The position numbers were made by a program, and so were the translations under genes. This document shows positions 31,265 through 45,539 of a DNA stretch of 64,000 nt, in pieces (the first letter of the stretch is position 1; every line of letters begins with the position of its first letter). The notes below the pieces were generated by a model, which saw only the letters and a program-made list of their open reading frames with translations, was not told where the DNA came from and made no database searches. The DNA comes from Eledone cirrhosa (lineage: Eukaryota), in NCBI GenBank assembly GCA_964016885.1, contig OZ024743.1, forward strand, positions 195,548,001 to 195,612,000, in the 5' to 3' direction.

Positions 31265-31400
<136 letters not shown>

Positions 31401-31494
31401 GTGGAACACTGGAAGGTAATAGCCGTAGTGGTAGAGCACTCAATCCAAGGGACGAGTTAGGTAGAAGTGGTAACATAACAGTTAGTTCACCATA

Positions 31495-31534
31495 CCGAGA
31501 ACAATTGTTTCACCTTCGCGGATCTTCAGCTCGG
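31495..31534 (-). ncRNA. Minimal type I hammerhead ribozyme
   Basis: CCGAG-CUGAAGA-uCCgcgaaGGu-GAAA-CAAUUG-UU-CUCGG: palindromic stem III, weak stem II, outer CCAUAC/GUAUGG pairing. Confidence 0.75.
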
Positions 31535-32339
31535 GACGTGTATGGTTATAGGAACAGGAAGGACAACCGTACGAACGCGCGTGCGCAGAAACTCGGTCAC
31601 TTCACACAGGCAATACTAGACTGCGCGCGGGAGGTGTAAGGGAGATAACTGCGAAAGTCCGGAAAGTTTTTAGGTTGAAAATAAAATTAAAATAATTAAA
31701 AATAAAATTACAAAGAATCAGTCCGGAGCCTTGTGGTTATGCAATAGATGTTTGGTGACGTGTGGACAACGTGTGAAAAATTCACTTCTCGTGTTTAGGC
31801 AATCACTATTGCGTAATCTCTTTAGGATAGTTATTCGTTCGTCAATACATAAACCACATGTCGGATTTTCCCTTGCGTATGGCTTGAACTTAGTGATGGC
31901 TTTCCATTGAATGGAGTAGCCTATACATGAGTCCTTGAGGGACCATAAGTGGCTCGCGAGTCTCGTGGATGAACGTCTATCCGGGTATCTGAAGGTAGAC
32001 TGGTGGTTCAGACGTGTGCCTTATGAATTGACGAACGAATAACTATCCTAAAGAGATTACGCAATAGTGATTGCTTAAACACAAGAAGTGAATTTTTCAA
32101 ACGTTGTCCACACGTCACCAAACATCTATTGCATAATTACAAGGCCCCGGAATGATTCTTTGTAATTTTATTTAAAATTGTTTTAAATTTTATTTTCAAC
32201 CTAAAAACTTTCCGGACTTTCGTAGTTATCTCCCTTACACCTCCTGCACGCAGTCTAGTATTGCCTGTGTGAAGTGACCGAGGTTCTGCGCATGCGCGTT
32301 CTTACGGTTGTCCTTCCTGTTCCTATAACCATACACATC

Positions 32340-32379
32340 CCGAGCTGAAGATCCGCGAAGTTGAGACAATTGTTCTCGG
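32340..32379 (+). ncRNA. Hammerhead copy with core mutation (GAAA to GAGA), likely inactive
   Basis: ccgagctgaagatccgcgaagttgagacaattgttctcgg. Confidence 0.65.
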
Positions 32380-32407
32380 TATGGTGAACTAACTGTTGCG
32401 TAATCAC

Positions 32408-32467
<60 letters not shown>

Positions 32468-32732
32468 CGTAATGATTTGAAATGTTGAGCATATGAAAAC
32501 TTAATCAAATTTGAGGGATCTCGAACGCAGAAGTAGTTGTAAAACCACCGGCTACCATGATTATCATAGTAAAGAGTCGAGTTAAACAAATCTCCGTAAT
32601 GTATGGAAGAACGGCCAGAGAAGAGGGGAGAGAAAAATGCCTGCATGGAGTAAGAGGGAAAGAATGAAAGGAAGAGAGCGTAAAGCATATGATGAGAGAA
32701 TGGAGAGAGAGATCGAGAGAGAGAGAGAGAGA

Positions 32733-32822
<90 letters not shown>

Positions 32823-33196
32823 TGAATAGTGGGAATGAATGTGATAGAACGTATAGTATTAAGAACCCTAGCAACATAATGTTCTAGTCGGCTCCCTTGC
32901 ATCAAGGATTGTCTCGGAAACATAATCTTTTGCTGTCTGATGAAAGCACCATAATGGTTAAATAATCAAGTGATCCTGATCGTCATTTAAATATGTATCA
33001 CAGCCTTATTAATAAAGGACTCTTTAACATATAAAACTACGTATCTTCCTCATTCTAATTATAGACCGTCATCCATATGTTGAAGTAGTAAGATGACGTC
33101 GATTGCTTTAAATAAATTGCATCTATATCAACCGTATGTATATATATATATATATGTACATATATATATATACCTAATTATAAATACACACACACA

Positions 33197-33315
<119 letters not shown>

Positions 33316-33339
33316 ACACACACATATATATATATATAT

Positions 33340-33689
33340 AATGGATCAAATCAATATTCAGTATCTAGTTGGTGAAAGATTTAACACATACAAACACACA
33401 CACACACGAACACGCGCGCACACACACGCATATATATATACATATATACTTATATATAGAGATGATGAAAAATGTCGTGCTGCGTTGTTGCGGATGTGAT
33501 ACATATGAATTAAAATATAGAGTAAGAAGCCATACCTATGATGGCCAGAAGATCACTGATGATGGATAGTTCTGGCTTCTTACTCTATTTTTTTTATTCA
33601 TATATATATATATGTGCGTGTGTGTGTTTGTATGTGTGAAACGTTCAAATCTTTCACCAACTGGATACTGAATATTGCTTTGATCCATT
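33340..33689. repeat. Nested inverted repeat
   Basis: Outer arms aatggatcaaa..ggtgaaagattt / aaatctttcacc..tttgatccatt. Inner arms atagagtaagaagcca / tggcttcttactctat surround an HHR 5' half (ctgatga). Confidence 0.75.
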
Positions 33690-34223
33690 GCACACTAAAC
33701 AAATAATTCATAGCATTTGTTATCTTTTGCTGCAAAGATAGGTTTCTGAAAATCTGGGTTTTACTGTTGTTATTTCTAGTTAGTTGCTTACGCGAGTTAA
33801 TAGCTTTGTCTTGAGAGCTTCCCTCTAGCGATCTCGTCAAAACCAATTTCTTTACCGATTGAACAGCTTCTAAAATAACACAACTCTCTCATGAACACCA
33901 TTACTCAAACATAACAATAATGAGATAATCTTCAGTTTTCCACCAAACGCTGAAATTTACTACTTTAAATTTGTCGTAGTGAAAACGAATATTAGGTGAC
34001 TGGCCATAACGAAGCATGTGGGTATTTGCAGTTGCGTATTATCCTCCCACCCCCACCCCCCAAAAAATGATTGCGGAAACTTGCGGCACAACATTCAGTC
34101 ACATGACCAATAATATTAGCATCATTAAACTCGATCTTGTTTAACCTTACTTACAAATAGCTTTTGCAGTAGATACTGGGAAAAGTTCGCATCACCATAA
34201 GTTGATACATTCCTGTAGTGAAG

Positions 34224-34565
34224 GTGTGAGCCTTAGTGACAGGGATGTTCGTCTCACAGTCATGAGGCCTTGATGACAGCAACAAGCCTTCTCGTTAAGC
34301 AAGCTACTTTATTTCACTGTGTGCCTGTTCAGTCAACTAGTGAGCACGAGTTGTAACTGTAATTCAAAAAACAGGATTTTTCACATATCGGATCACTCTG
34401 AATCACTCTGAGAACTAAGTGAATTGTACACGTGTCTGAAATGCTTTGCCATTTGTACGTAGATTTCATAAGCAGTCCGTTCCCTTGATAAAATCTTCAG
34501 CGTGTGAACCTAAGAATTGACAACATATATACCGAACACACACACATAAACACATATATATATAA

Positions 34566-34632
<67 letters not shown>

Positions 34633-34679
34633 TATAAGTTATTTAATGCATATATACAAACTCACACACAGACAGACAC

Positions 34680-34756
<77 letters not shown>

Positions 34757-34975
34757 TCTCTGTGTGTGTGTGTGTGTGTGTGTGTATGCCTTAAATAACT
34801 TCATAAGAACAACAGAAAAATCGAAGAAATATTCAACGGACTGACCTTGTCACAATGTGTTACGTTGAATCACTTTGAGAACAACGTTTGGGGAACAGGT
34901 GTCTGGAATGTACAGATATTTGCACGTTAATTTCACGAGCTGACTATATTTTTGATCTATTAACCGGAACGTTGT
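34224..34975 (+). mobile_element. Second, older tRNA-derived SINE family (two diverged pieces split by microsatellites)
   Basis: tRNA-like head at 34224-34270. The core gaatcact(c/t)tgagaac..ca(c/g)gtgtctg occurs at 34400-34440 and 34868-34906 and is similar to 3449-3490. Confidence 0.5.
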
Positions 34976-35560
34976 TCATATTTTCACTGTTTTTGTCATC
35001 CAGTTGTTTTGTGGTATGCGATTTGTTTGCCATTAATAACTTTTCTTTTCATAGCTAGATAAAGCCTTTACAGAGTTGTTAGGACGTCAGATAGAATGCT
35101 TTTCGGTATCCGCTCTGCCTTTCTGCGCTATCTGAGATCCTGTCATACTGATATTAATTTTGTTTTGCATCATTTCGAGGTCAAATAATGAAGCAACAGT
35201 CAAGTAATAGTTTCGATACTTCTTCTAAATTTGTTTTTCACGTCCTCTCGTCCTTTCTTTTTTTCATTCTTTAGAAGAAATCGAAAGTGTTTAGTCTTGG
35301 AGCGGGAATGCTTTCCACCGCTAATTCCCAAGGCGTATGAAAATGACTTCTCAGGAAGTACGGGTAAATACATACATACAACATTTTTGCCAACGTTATC
35401 TACACATTTCATCAATTTCAAATCGTTAAAAAATATATGCTATAAACCCACTAAGTTTATTTTTAGTATCGTTTGTTTATGTTCATAAGTCACTATATAG
35501 AACGTCAAGATATGTATACCTTTTCCCAGCACGGTTTCCGGCATTAAAGAATACCCTGTT

Positions 35561-35836
35561 TCTTCTTCTTCCTCTTTGCTCACTTATTCCTGAGAGGGTC
35601 GTAGGGTCGTAGTCCTCAAGCACTCCTTCCAGCGGTTCCTGTCAGAAGCAACCCTCTCTAACTGATCAAGCTAGATCCCCAATCGAGACCAGCCAACCTC
35701 GTGGATGTTATCCAACCATCTTGCCGGTTGATTTAGACCGTAAAATCTGTCCAGCGATTCATTTCTGAGACCTTCTAAGCACACATCCATAGCATCGGAG
35801 CTGTGATCTCTCAATTTGGAGAACAGAGTATTACAG
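35561..35836 (-). mobile_element. RTE-clade LINE 3' fragment with 15-bp target-site duplication
   Basis: Homologous to 4020-4320 with a short (GAA)n tail. The TSD gaataccctgtttct lies at 35549-35563 and 35837-35851. Confidence 0.85.
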
Positions 35837-37014
35837 GAATACCCTGTTTCTACTTATGAAAATGAATTGCAGATATCTCTACATTCTAAACCTTTCTCAT
35901 TGATTTATCCCTAATTGTCGTGAAAAGGTGTTTTATTTGATTAATATTTTCGGCAATCTCAGCATTTGACTGAAGTAGGTAGAAATTTCTGCCGGCAACG
36001 AACTGCTCAAACAGATCCATCTAACAGTCAATCTTTCTTTAATTGTGATGCCACCTTTCACGGAGTAATTGACTTTACGTCAGAAAACACTTTCAACGAA
36101 CATTTATTAGTGATGTAAACTGTCACATAAAATGTGGTCCCATGCTCGAAACGAAAAAAGAGTTTTGTGGAATATACCCATCACAAACCTTGGAATTATG
36201 TAATGCCATCTAGCATCAGCACATATCTTTCGCATGAAACACTCACAGTTCAATGCTAATATTTGGTACAACAATGCATCCTGACCAAGGCTATATTCAC
36301 CGAAGACGAATGAATATGAGGCATCTTCCTGTAATTATACCTATCTCATCAGAATACCTACACGAAAGCAATATATTTCCCGGAATTAGCAAAAAGAGCA
36401 GTTTCAAACGATTGCATTAGATTATAATATGGATGATCAAGCGTTCCCACTATCCAGTAGAGAAGTAACTAGTTTATTTAATTCAGCTAACGGCCTCCCC
36501 ACCACTTGTCCTTGAGATGAGTAGCCTGCATATGTCATTATATCCCAATGTTTGCAGAAGCTTGATAGTTATTGCTACACCTAATTCAGTTATGTATACC
36601 ATGATTTAGTTGTATATTTGCCTCAAGTCAAAGATTTTCCAACACAGTATACGAGGGGAATTGTACACGTTACGAGCCGCATGAATTCATATGTCCACAA
36701 ACATTGCAAACTCGCAACATTTTTGTGCCTCCAAAGAATTCCGACAAGATGGAACACTACCTTTGAGCCTGAAACTCCCTGCATAGAAAAAATTACCACG
36801 ACAAAAGAAAGTATTTTGTTAAAGTAAATTATGGATGTTTTTGCCTAGTGACCAATGTTATACAACGTACAGGAATCGCAGATTGAAGAAATACTCATTC
36901 CAATGTCTTTAAGACATTTATTTCATAATTAACTGGTACAATAATTATCGGAAATATTAATAAATTAAAATTAGAAATTCTTAAACCAAATAAAGTCTTA
37001 AAATATTTGGTTTT

Positions 37015-37485
37015 TGTATTTATTTTGCAGGATTTCCTACCTGAAAAACGTCTGTTGAGACCGATATCGTTATACTTTGGGAGGGTCATGCTGTCAATAA
37101 AAAACACACGCATCTGTTGCTTTTCATTTCAACTTATTTCCAGTTGATTGATTTAATAACAGGATGGTTGTTTATTTATTGTCAAACCTCTTTAGTCACA
37201 CATTCTGTGACCGCCTCAGTGACTAATTTGTTATTTCGTGTCTCTCCTTTGTTCTACCTTACACCATCTTCTGTTTGTGAACTGTGTACTGGAGTTGCGC
37301 ATGTGTTATATCCCTCTGTGTGTGAGTGTGTGTGCGTGTTTAAATATTCTTCGTTATGTAATGATGTATCATATAAATTAGGGTTAATGTCTTCAAGTAC
37401 ATTTTGTAAATCAATATTGGCACAATCACCAGTTGAAGTCACTTGTTCATCTGTCACTATAAAACTGCAATGAAATATATTCATC
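37015..37485 (-). mobile_element. Naiad-related pLTR fragment with degenerate hammerhead
   Basis: Shares the terminal catgaccctcccaaagtataac motif. Minus-strand 37181-37223 reads GUCA-CUGAGGC-GGUCACA-gaaug-UGUGACU-AAAG..UU-UGAC. Confidence 0.65.
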
Positions 37486-40017
37486 TAAAAAAAGTGTGTT
37501 TCTCACATTGTTAAAACAAACACAACAATCAATAAACTTTAAATTAGGCACATTTTCAACAATATAATCACATTCAAACTAACACTCCAATTGTCTCCTC
37601 TGTATACTATAATTGCGATAACTATGCCTCGAATATAGTATTGAACACACTCACGTCGCGAAAACATATAGCTAGAGCGGTTATTTCGCTGCTGCAGTAG
37701 TACGGTTGATAAATTCAAAATTAATAAATCCTCTTGTACCCAGACGTCCCCATCTAAAAACCAAAATAATCATCGCTAATCCGTATCGTTCTCTATGCTA
37801 TCGAAGATATCCAGTCAGCAATTTCCAGTCAGTCAGTTTGATAGTTTTATTGTCAGCCCGCCAACTAGATAATACACTGATTTCAAACAATAACTGTTAT
37901 TTACGTATAGTTAATCCAACACTTCAATTTCTAAAACTTTGTTAAGTTAGCCTGACCACATTACTGCTATTGCAAACTCACTTTCTATTTGAATGCTTAC
38001 AATTCTGCAGAATGAAATGTGTCTTTTTCTACTGTCTAGATTTTATTGTCAATTACTTTCCATCGCAAACAAAATGGGGCTAAAATTTCTTCGTAAAAGA
38101 ATGATTGCTTAGAATACAACTTGAAAATCGATTGGCTGTAATCCCATTTCAAAATCATGCTCTCAGTTTGAGGATTCTATGAGTTCATGGGCGTTTCCTG
38201 TTTATCATTACCTCTAATGCCAATACATTGTAAGTATTTTTTCATCCTATTTTTTTAAAATTCATTTACTATAATGCTTGAAAGAAATCATCTAAAACTG
38301 TCCTCTTCTTCATCCTTTTGGTTGGTTGAAATAATACTAAATTGCATTTCCCTACTTAGAACGTTTGTGTCGTGCAAAATTATTGGTGTGTATGTATTGG
38401 AATGGATATCATTCTTTAGAAAAGTTAAGTTGACTTAAGTCTTACTAGATTTAAGTCAACCTAACTTTTGTAAATATACAACTATATTTATTCTCTTACA
38501 TCAACAGTCATTAATACAGTGAGATTCAATTAGCACGAGAATTAACCGAAAATATAGTATTGTTCAATCGTTATGTTTTCTCGAATGCATGATATAACAC
38601 TGAATTCAAACATGATGTTGCAGATTATCGATGTATTACTTGACCGAGCATTTTCCTCGGCACGTTTTCGAATGATGCAATCATTTATCACTAACTATTT
38701 AAATTTAAATTTCATGTTCTTTATTTTTATCTCAATATATTTGATTTTGGCTATTGAATTTCTGTAAATGTCATCTGAATATCCACATAGTAGCTAAATT
38801 TTACATCAAACAGAGATCGTATTTGATCTGGATGTCAGGCAATGTTGGTTTGAACTATAAATAATTCATACACGTTTGAAATGCATTAATTCATCTTTTA
38901 TTTGATAAGTTTAACTAAATGGACAAACATGAATACATGAATATAAAGCATATGTCTATTTGAAGACTGTCTATATGTGAGGACAATAACAAAGAATCGA
39001 TTTACTGTAAGGATAGTTAAACCTAATAACGTATTTTATCTATCTTCAGAAAGCATTCAGCTTAGCCATGATGGTAGGTATTTCATAAAAATATAATGTG
39101 CATGCAGTGACTGTAAATGGGAAAAGGATGAAAACAGAAAGAATATATGAAAAAAATGAAAGAAAGCAGAAAGCGCAACAAACAACATTTCTACGAAAGA
39201 TTTTTGTTTTGTAATTACATTTAAAGGAATACTTTGTTTTTAAAGATTTCATATTTCTTTTATTCCATTAAGAAGATATTTTCAACGAAGAATTGAGAAA
39301 GTGTAACTGAAAGGAGAGGACAATATAAGCAGTTTAAAGAAATTTATTCAATAGAATAATGCTGTTATTGACTTTACAAATGCATTTATAAACAAGATTC
39401 AGCTTTTGAAAACTGGACAGAAATAAATAATGAACATTAGTTAAGGAATAGAGATGGAAACGTTGAGCGGTGAGTAGTAGGAGATCTAGAGGAAGACTGT
39501 TGGAGAAGTGGGGGTATTTGACAACACATCATGCAGGATACATGTATTTATATATATATATTCTTCTAATGCTTTCACCACTATCTTAATGAGAATATGT
39601 CATTTAATTCTTCTAGAGAAATTTTATAGTTATCGTAAATGTAATTACTAGTAAATATTAAAACTTTGGTATTAATCAATATTTATCTCAGTAAAGTGAG
39701 ATAAATAGAGTAAATTAATAAATATCTCATAGTTAGAGGTATATATCATTATGTCATTCAATTGATTACATATGAAAGAAGGCGGTGTTAATACTTTCTT
39801 AAACGATATTTGAGATGCATGTAAAGTAAGGTAACTGCCAACTGAAACTTAACCGAAAAACAATTCAGTTTCCCATCTTGCAGCAGTTACTAATATTTAG
39901 TATGCACATTCCTTTTTCATTATATAATTGTTGATTAAATATATTGTTAAAATTTCTGTTAAAATTAATTTTCCATAAATATCTTGTACTATCTGTCGCA
40001 TGTATTCCACCCTATGC

Positions 40018-40073
40018 TTTTAATTTTTAATTTTAATTTTAATTTTAATTTTAATTTTAATTTTAATTTTAAT
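40018..40073. repeat. (TTTTAA)n hexanucleotide repeat
   Basis: About 9 direct copies. Confidence 0.9.
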
Positions 40074-40349
40074 TATTGTACAATGCTCGTATAATATATG
40101 TCGCATCTATTCCACCCTGTAAACATGGAACTGTTGCCCACAACATCAATATATATGTATCTGTATGATTCTTCAGTTGAATAGGAGGTTAATTATAAGT
40201 ACAAACATTGATAATGCTCCGAGGACACCAAGCTTAAGTTTGGAGGAAACAATAGTCAGCGATTAAATGTTTTAAACATAACTTTGATACTTGTGTAATC
40301 TATATATACATATATATGCAAAGATATATATATACATACATACACACAA

Positions 40350-42330
40350 ACATATATAACCATAGAAGCTCCTTTAAACATAGGCTGAAACGATCCCAAA
40401 CTAGACTGGCCGATTTGATCTGGGATCTCAAGGACAGGAACATCGAATTCCAGATCATATGGTCAGTCAAAAGACGCGTGGCCCAACTCCCCAGTGACAG
40501 AAACCACTGCAGTTTATGCCTGGCCGAGGCGGCTGAGATAATTAAATTAAAATCTGCCATAAACTATAGGTCGGACACAATTATCAATTGCAGACACACC
40601 AGGTTAAACACCTTCTCTGCACAAACATTCGGCTGAGGGCCGCACACTAACAATGACCCAACATAATAATAACCACCTTTGCCTTGTCTCACCGTCCCTT
40701 ATCTCAGTGCATTTGTTTTATAACATGTAACCCTTTGTAAGTCAAAATTGTGTATATATCATGCCGCATCCATCACCCCAACCAAAAGACACATCCACCA
40801 TACACCTCTCATCTTAATACCATTGTGTTTTATCTGTCCTCTCTGTCAAGTTTTACCTTGTAATCCATAGTAGCATGCGATCCTGTAAAGATAATGTCGA
40901 TCATATCACCCCATCGCCACCACCACCACCGCCACACACATCGCTATATGTCTACCATCCCACACCCATGTTCCTTCTGTCTTTTTTAACCTACAATCCT
41001 TCGTAAAATTCGATCCTGTAAACATACTGTCGCACACACCACGACCGCCACCACTAGATACAACTCCATAATTCAACAATCATTAGCATCATTAACATCA
41101 CCAACAAATATCATCCCGCCTCCCAGAACCACTGTGTTATGTTTGCCCTCTCTGTCAGCTTTACCCTGTAAATCACCGTAACATCATGCAAATATATTGT
41201 TGAACATATCGCCCCATCGCCACCACCAGCACCACAACCACACACATCTCTATATGTTCACGACCTTGTTTTCCCCGTGTTCCCTATGTCACCTTTTAAC
41301 CTGTAACCCATCCTATAATTCGATCCTGTATATTTTTTGTCGCACACAACACCTCCACCGCCACCACAAGGCACATCTCCATACTTCAACAATATTTAAC
41401 ATCATTAACTTCGGCAACACATATCTTTCCTCCCTAAACAATGCAAGTGTGTGTGTCTGTGTGTACGTATATTTATATGTACAACGCCATCTCCATTGGC
41501 TCTCCCCCTATCTATGTACTACGCGATCTCCACTGACACCCCCCTCTCTATATATGTACACGCACGCATTTTATATGTACATGTATATATATATATATAT
41601 ATGTGTGTGTGTCTGTGTGTGTGTGTATATATATATGTGTGTGTGTGTCTGTCTGTGTGTGTGAGTGTCTGTGTATATATGTGTGTGTATGTGTATATAT
41701 GTGTATGTATGTATATACGCATGTGTATATACAACGTCTTTGTCAGACTAAGTGTGTCTAAGTATGTATCTCCTCATTATATTTGACTCCACCGACACAT
41801 CCCCCACACCACCACAAACACTATTACCATAAACAACAACACCACACCTACACCACACACAATAGTCAGCCACAAATATAAGCCAATATGTCTACCGACA
41901 ATCCACCACCCCCACACGACAGACCTTCTCAGCCTTTGACCGTCACCACCATCTTACCATCATATACACCTCCACATACACTACACGCGAAAACATCCAT
42001 ATGATCTATTCCACCTTTCAAAACAATCCTTATTGACCAACATATGAACTTCTGACTTTACCATATAGCATGTATTCATTTTCTACTAGCATTTTAAGGG
42101 GTCCATCGAGCTGCGGATTACAGAGTCGGGTCAGATCGATACAGACCGAACCTTGAGCTGATCAGTGGCGAAACGCGCGTCACCAACCAATAAATGTAAT
42201 GAAGGAGTAGCCAATTGTCCTTGTTATCTTGTCAATATAATACACTCTGTATAGCTCTACACAGAAGTGAATTTAAACATCGAGTGCTCACCAGGGTGAA
42301 CCTACAGTAACTCCAAGTTACACTCCCTAG
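40350..42330 (+). mobile_element. 5'-truncated PLE: GIY-YIG C-terminus plus long 3' region ending at (TA)n
   Basis: ORF 40316-40636 reads YNHRSSFKH..TRLADLIWDLKDRNIEFQIIWSV..CSLCLAEAAEII..INYRSDTIINCRH. An about 310-bp internal duplication lies at 40820-41430, and the HHR 3'-half motif gaaacgcgcgtc at 42170-42181. Confidence 0.75.
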
Positions 42331-42361
<31 letters not shown>

Positions 42362-42914
42362 CAAAAGGGATATTTAATTTGTTATAAGGTTTCATTGAAA
42401 CTATTTTCTATTCTTTAATGTGTTAAGTCATGTGCCAGGCATTTTGAGCACAACATCTACAAGATTAACATCAATCATTCTTTAACTTCTTCAACAATAG
42501 CACATATTGTTTATGTGTCTAGTGATTCATTTTCCAGATGTATTTCTATAATGCTGAGAATGTTTATTCCAATAATGTTTAGTATATGTTTACTTATTTT
42601 GATAGAAGACCAAACTTATTTGGCATATGTAGCCTCAAAATGTGTTACAGAAACTGTACTATTAAATAATCTTTGCCAGTTTAGAAATTAATTTCAGAGT
42701 ATGTATCATCGAGATTCATTTGCAACTTAAGTCGGTCATTTGCATATAATTGTCATATTTTTATTTTAATTGATGTTTATAATAGCAAAAGCAATTTATT
42801 AGAAAAAAATTATCATGTAAATACAATTTACTAAAAAAAGAAAAATAGAAAATTTAGATTGAGAAGAAAGAATGGAATGTAAAATAAGAAAGTATGTTCT
42901 GGGTTTAGGGTGCG

Positions 42915-43185
42915 GTGGTAATGGAGCTGCACCCCGCGGACAAGACCGCAAAAGCATTCCCGCGGACTATGATCAGAAATACCCACTGCAACAGCCACCC
43001 CACCTCATAGGGCTCCTTCCTCAGTCGAGCCACCGACGTTCCGATCTTGCAGAGGAGATCGGCAGTGCGGAGTCCAAGTACGGCTGAAGTCTCGACTGCG
43101 ACTGGTGCGAAAGGGAAGCGGTCGGACAATTTGTTTATCTTCCTTTCTCTGCATAGCGGGCCGCGGTACCGGGTTTATGGTCACC
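42915..43185 (-). mobile_element. CRE-clade 3' fragment
   Basis: SDRFPFAPVAVETSAVLG..WLLQWVFLIIVRGNAFAVLSAG aligns with the end of 51401-52213. Confidence 0.8.
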
Positions 43186-43652
43186 CTCCACCTCTTTTCA
43201 AATAAATTGCATCACATAAAAAGTTTATTATGATTTGCTTTTTATGTTTTCATGTAACCTCTGTACGACTATATTTGTGGGAAGGGCAAGTAAAAGATAT
43301 TTTGTTTCATAATTCGAACGAACTCAATATATTTAGAATAAAATAAATTACCGGTCTTATCCAGAGTTGGATTTCGACCTTATTTGGGCTGGGTGGGGAC
43401 ACTTCAGGTTTTGGGGGCCCTCATACACAACAAATTAGAATACACAGCCCCCCCCCCCCCCTTTGCAAATAAAAGTTAGCTAATAAACACACAACAATCA
43501 TTCTGTTGGGATTCTAGCAATAATTGTATTACTACTTCTGTAACAAATTATTGCTTGTCACCTAACCATTCATGTTCTTTTTTGTATATGGTATAAATGT
43601 AAATATTTCGATCGCCAATTTTGTTATTGTATTCAAAATATGTCCGTAATAA

Positions 43653-43858
43653 TTATTTCTAATTTGACACAGCAATAAATGTTGAAAAAGGAGAGTCGAT
43701 TATACCGACCCAGTATTAAAATAATATTTTCTCTTATCCAATCCGGTAGGATGAAAGACAAGTTTTAACTTGATGGATTTTGAATTCACAATTTAAAGAG
43801 CCAGAAAAATACTGCAAATCATATGACCCACGTTTTATCGACTCTGCAAATCCACTGC
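43653..43858 (-). mobile_element. Diverged octopus-type SINE
   Basis: gtcgattataccgacccagta..ggatgaaagacaag..ggattttgaattca..aatccactg. Confidence 0.7.
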
Positions 43859-44077
43859 TCCAACTCTACGTAATAATACAGTTTGTGGTACAATACACTC
43901 TCTGGTTCGTTATTGGAGGTTTTAGTAAATTATATAGTTTTCATGTATGAATATTTTTTTTTAACGGATGTGTCTATAAGTTTTGACATCATTGACGATG
44001 GCATTTTTTAGGTCACAACTTTTATCTGCAAATAATATTTCTGATATTTCAGGGCAGATGTTGTATGGTGCCCCCCC

Positions 44078-44130
<53 letters not shown>

Positions 44131-45539
44131 CGTGTGTGTGAATACATATACGTCTGTGTATCTAGGTCCATTCGAAGTTTATTCCTCTCTGGATCCAACA
44201 TTCTCTTTAAATTGTAAAACAGGCGAATTTAAAGGAACACGAATAGTAAAGAAGCTATGATATTATCTGGTGTATAGATAGATATGTATACAATTAGGAT
44301 GGTAGATTAATAGGTAGGAATATATATGTGACTGTGACAGAAATGAAGTAAACGTACCACTTTATCTTCCGAAATTTCTTCGTGCTGCTAGATTATGACA
44401 GCAGTCATTAATCATAAAAACTACAAACATACACGCGCACACATAACAGCTCCTGAAAGAAATAGAGAATGAATCCTGCTGTTTGAAAAAGTGGTCGGAT
44501 CTGGTTCATATCTTATCTCATCAGTTAATAGTGTACCGCGAGCGGGTTTCAAACTTTAGATTGCAATGCTTCTTTGAACTGCCGAATAGAAAGGGAAATA
44601 TTCTTGATACGTTGCATTCTTTCTCTACATTCTTTATAGTGTGTCAAGCAGGAACTTTTAGCTGAAATCTTGATAGATATAATTGATTTAAATCATCAAC
44701 ATAAGTAAATACAGAAAGCAAAACAAAACAAATAATAAATAATAAAAGTATAAAGATAAAAGTAAAACAAAATGAAAGAAAAATGAGTTGTTTGTCGGTT
44801 TCTGTCCTCAGTATTCTATCTCTGAGAAGTGTAGGGAAGAGTAAGTTGTCAATGTAGTTTCTATAGAAAATGAGATATTTCGCCGGTCAAAATAAATGTC
44901 TTTTAATGCAATGTTATACTCAAACGAACTTCTTATCAATTCAGAAATAAGAAATTTCTTGAAGGATTCGGGAAAGTATATTTCAAAAAGAAATTGGAAG
45001 CATTTTACGTCTCCCCAAAATAGTGATCATTCTGAAATAGATATCTATAGTATAACCGAAATATTTTGAAAGATTATCCCAAATACACAGAAATTTCACT
45101 GTCGGAAAGTAAAAATATTAAAATAAATGGGAACTAAAGTCATTGGAATTTAGAGTTTTGTCAATTATCCTTCAAGACTAAACTTTTCACTAATTTATTT
45201 GTTTCCATCTTGTTATAGCCTCAATGTTTCGGCCGTTTTGTCCACCAGGTTAATATATGTGCTTGTTGTATATGGTTAAGCTCTCGAAGTTTCGGATTGA
45301 ATCCTTTATTCAAAGCATATGGGTAGTTAGACACACTACATTCGATGAACAAATCTTGAATATCCTTGTATGAGTAATAAAGTTATTTTTCATGTTATAC
45401 GTGTATAAGGGACATAACCACAGTGAATATCATCACGTGTTAACTGTTATATGCACATATCTATCTGTTTGTCGTGCGTTCAAACTCGATAAGAATAGAA
45501 TAGTGTAGAACGTTATGATGCGATATATAGATTCAAATC

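Noticed and set aside
40209-40262. Degenerate HHR-like pattern (ttgataa..ctccga/ttggag-gaaa-caata-gtc)
   Set aside because: Two core mismatches and no stem I.
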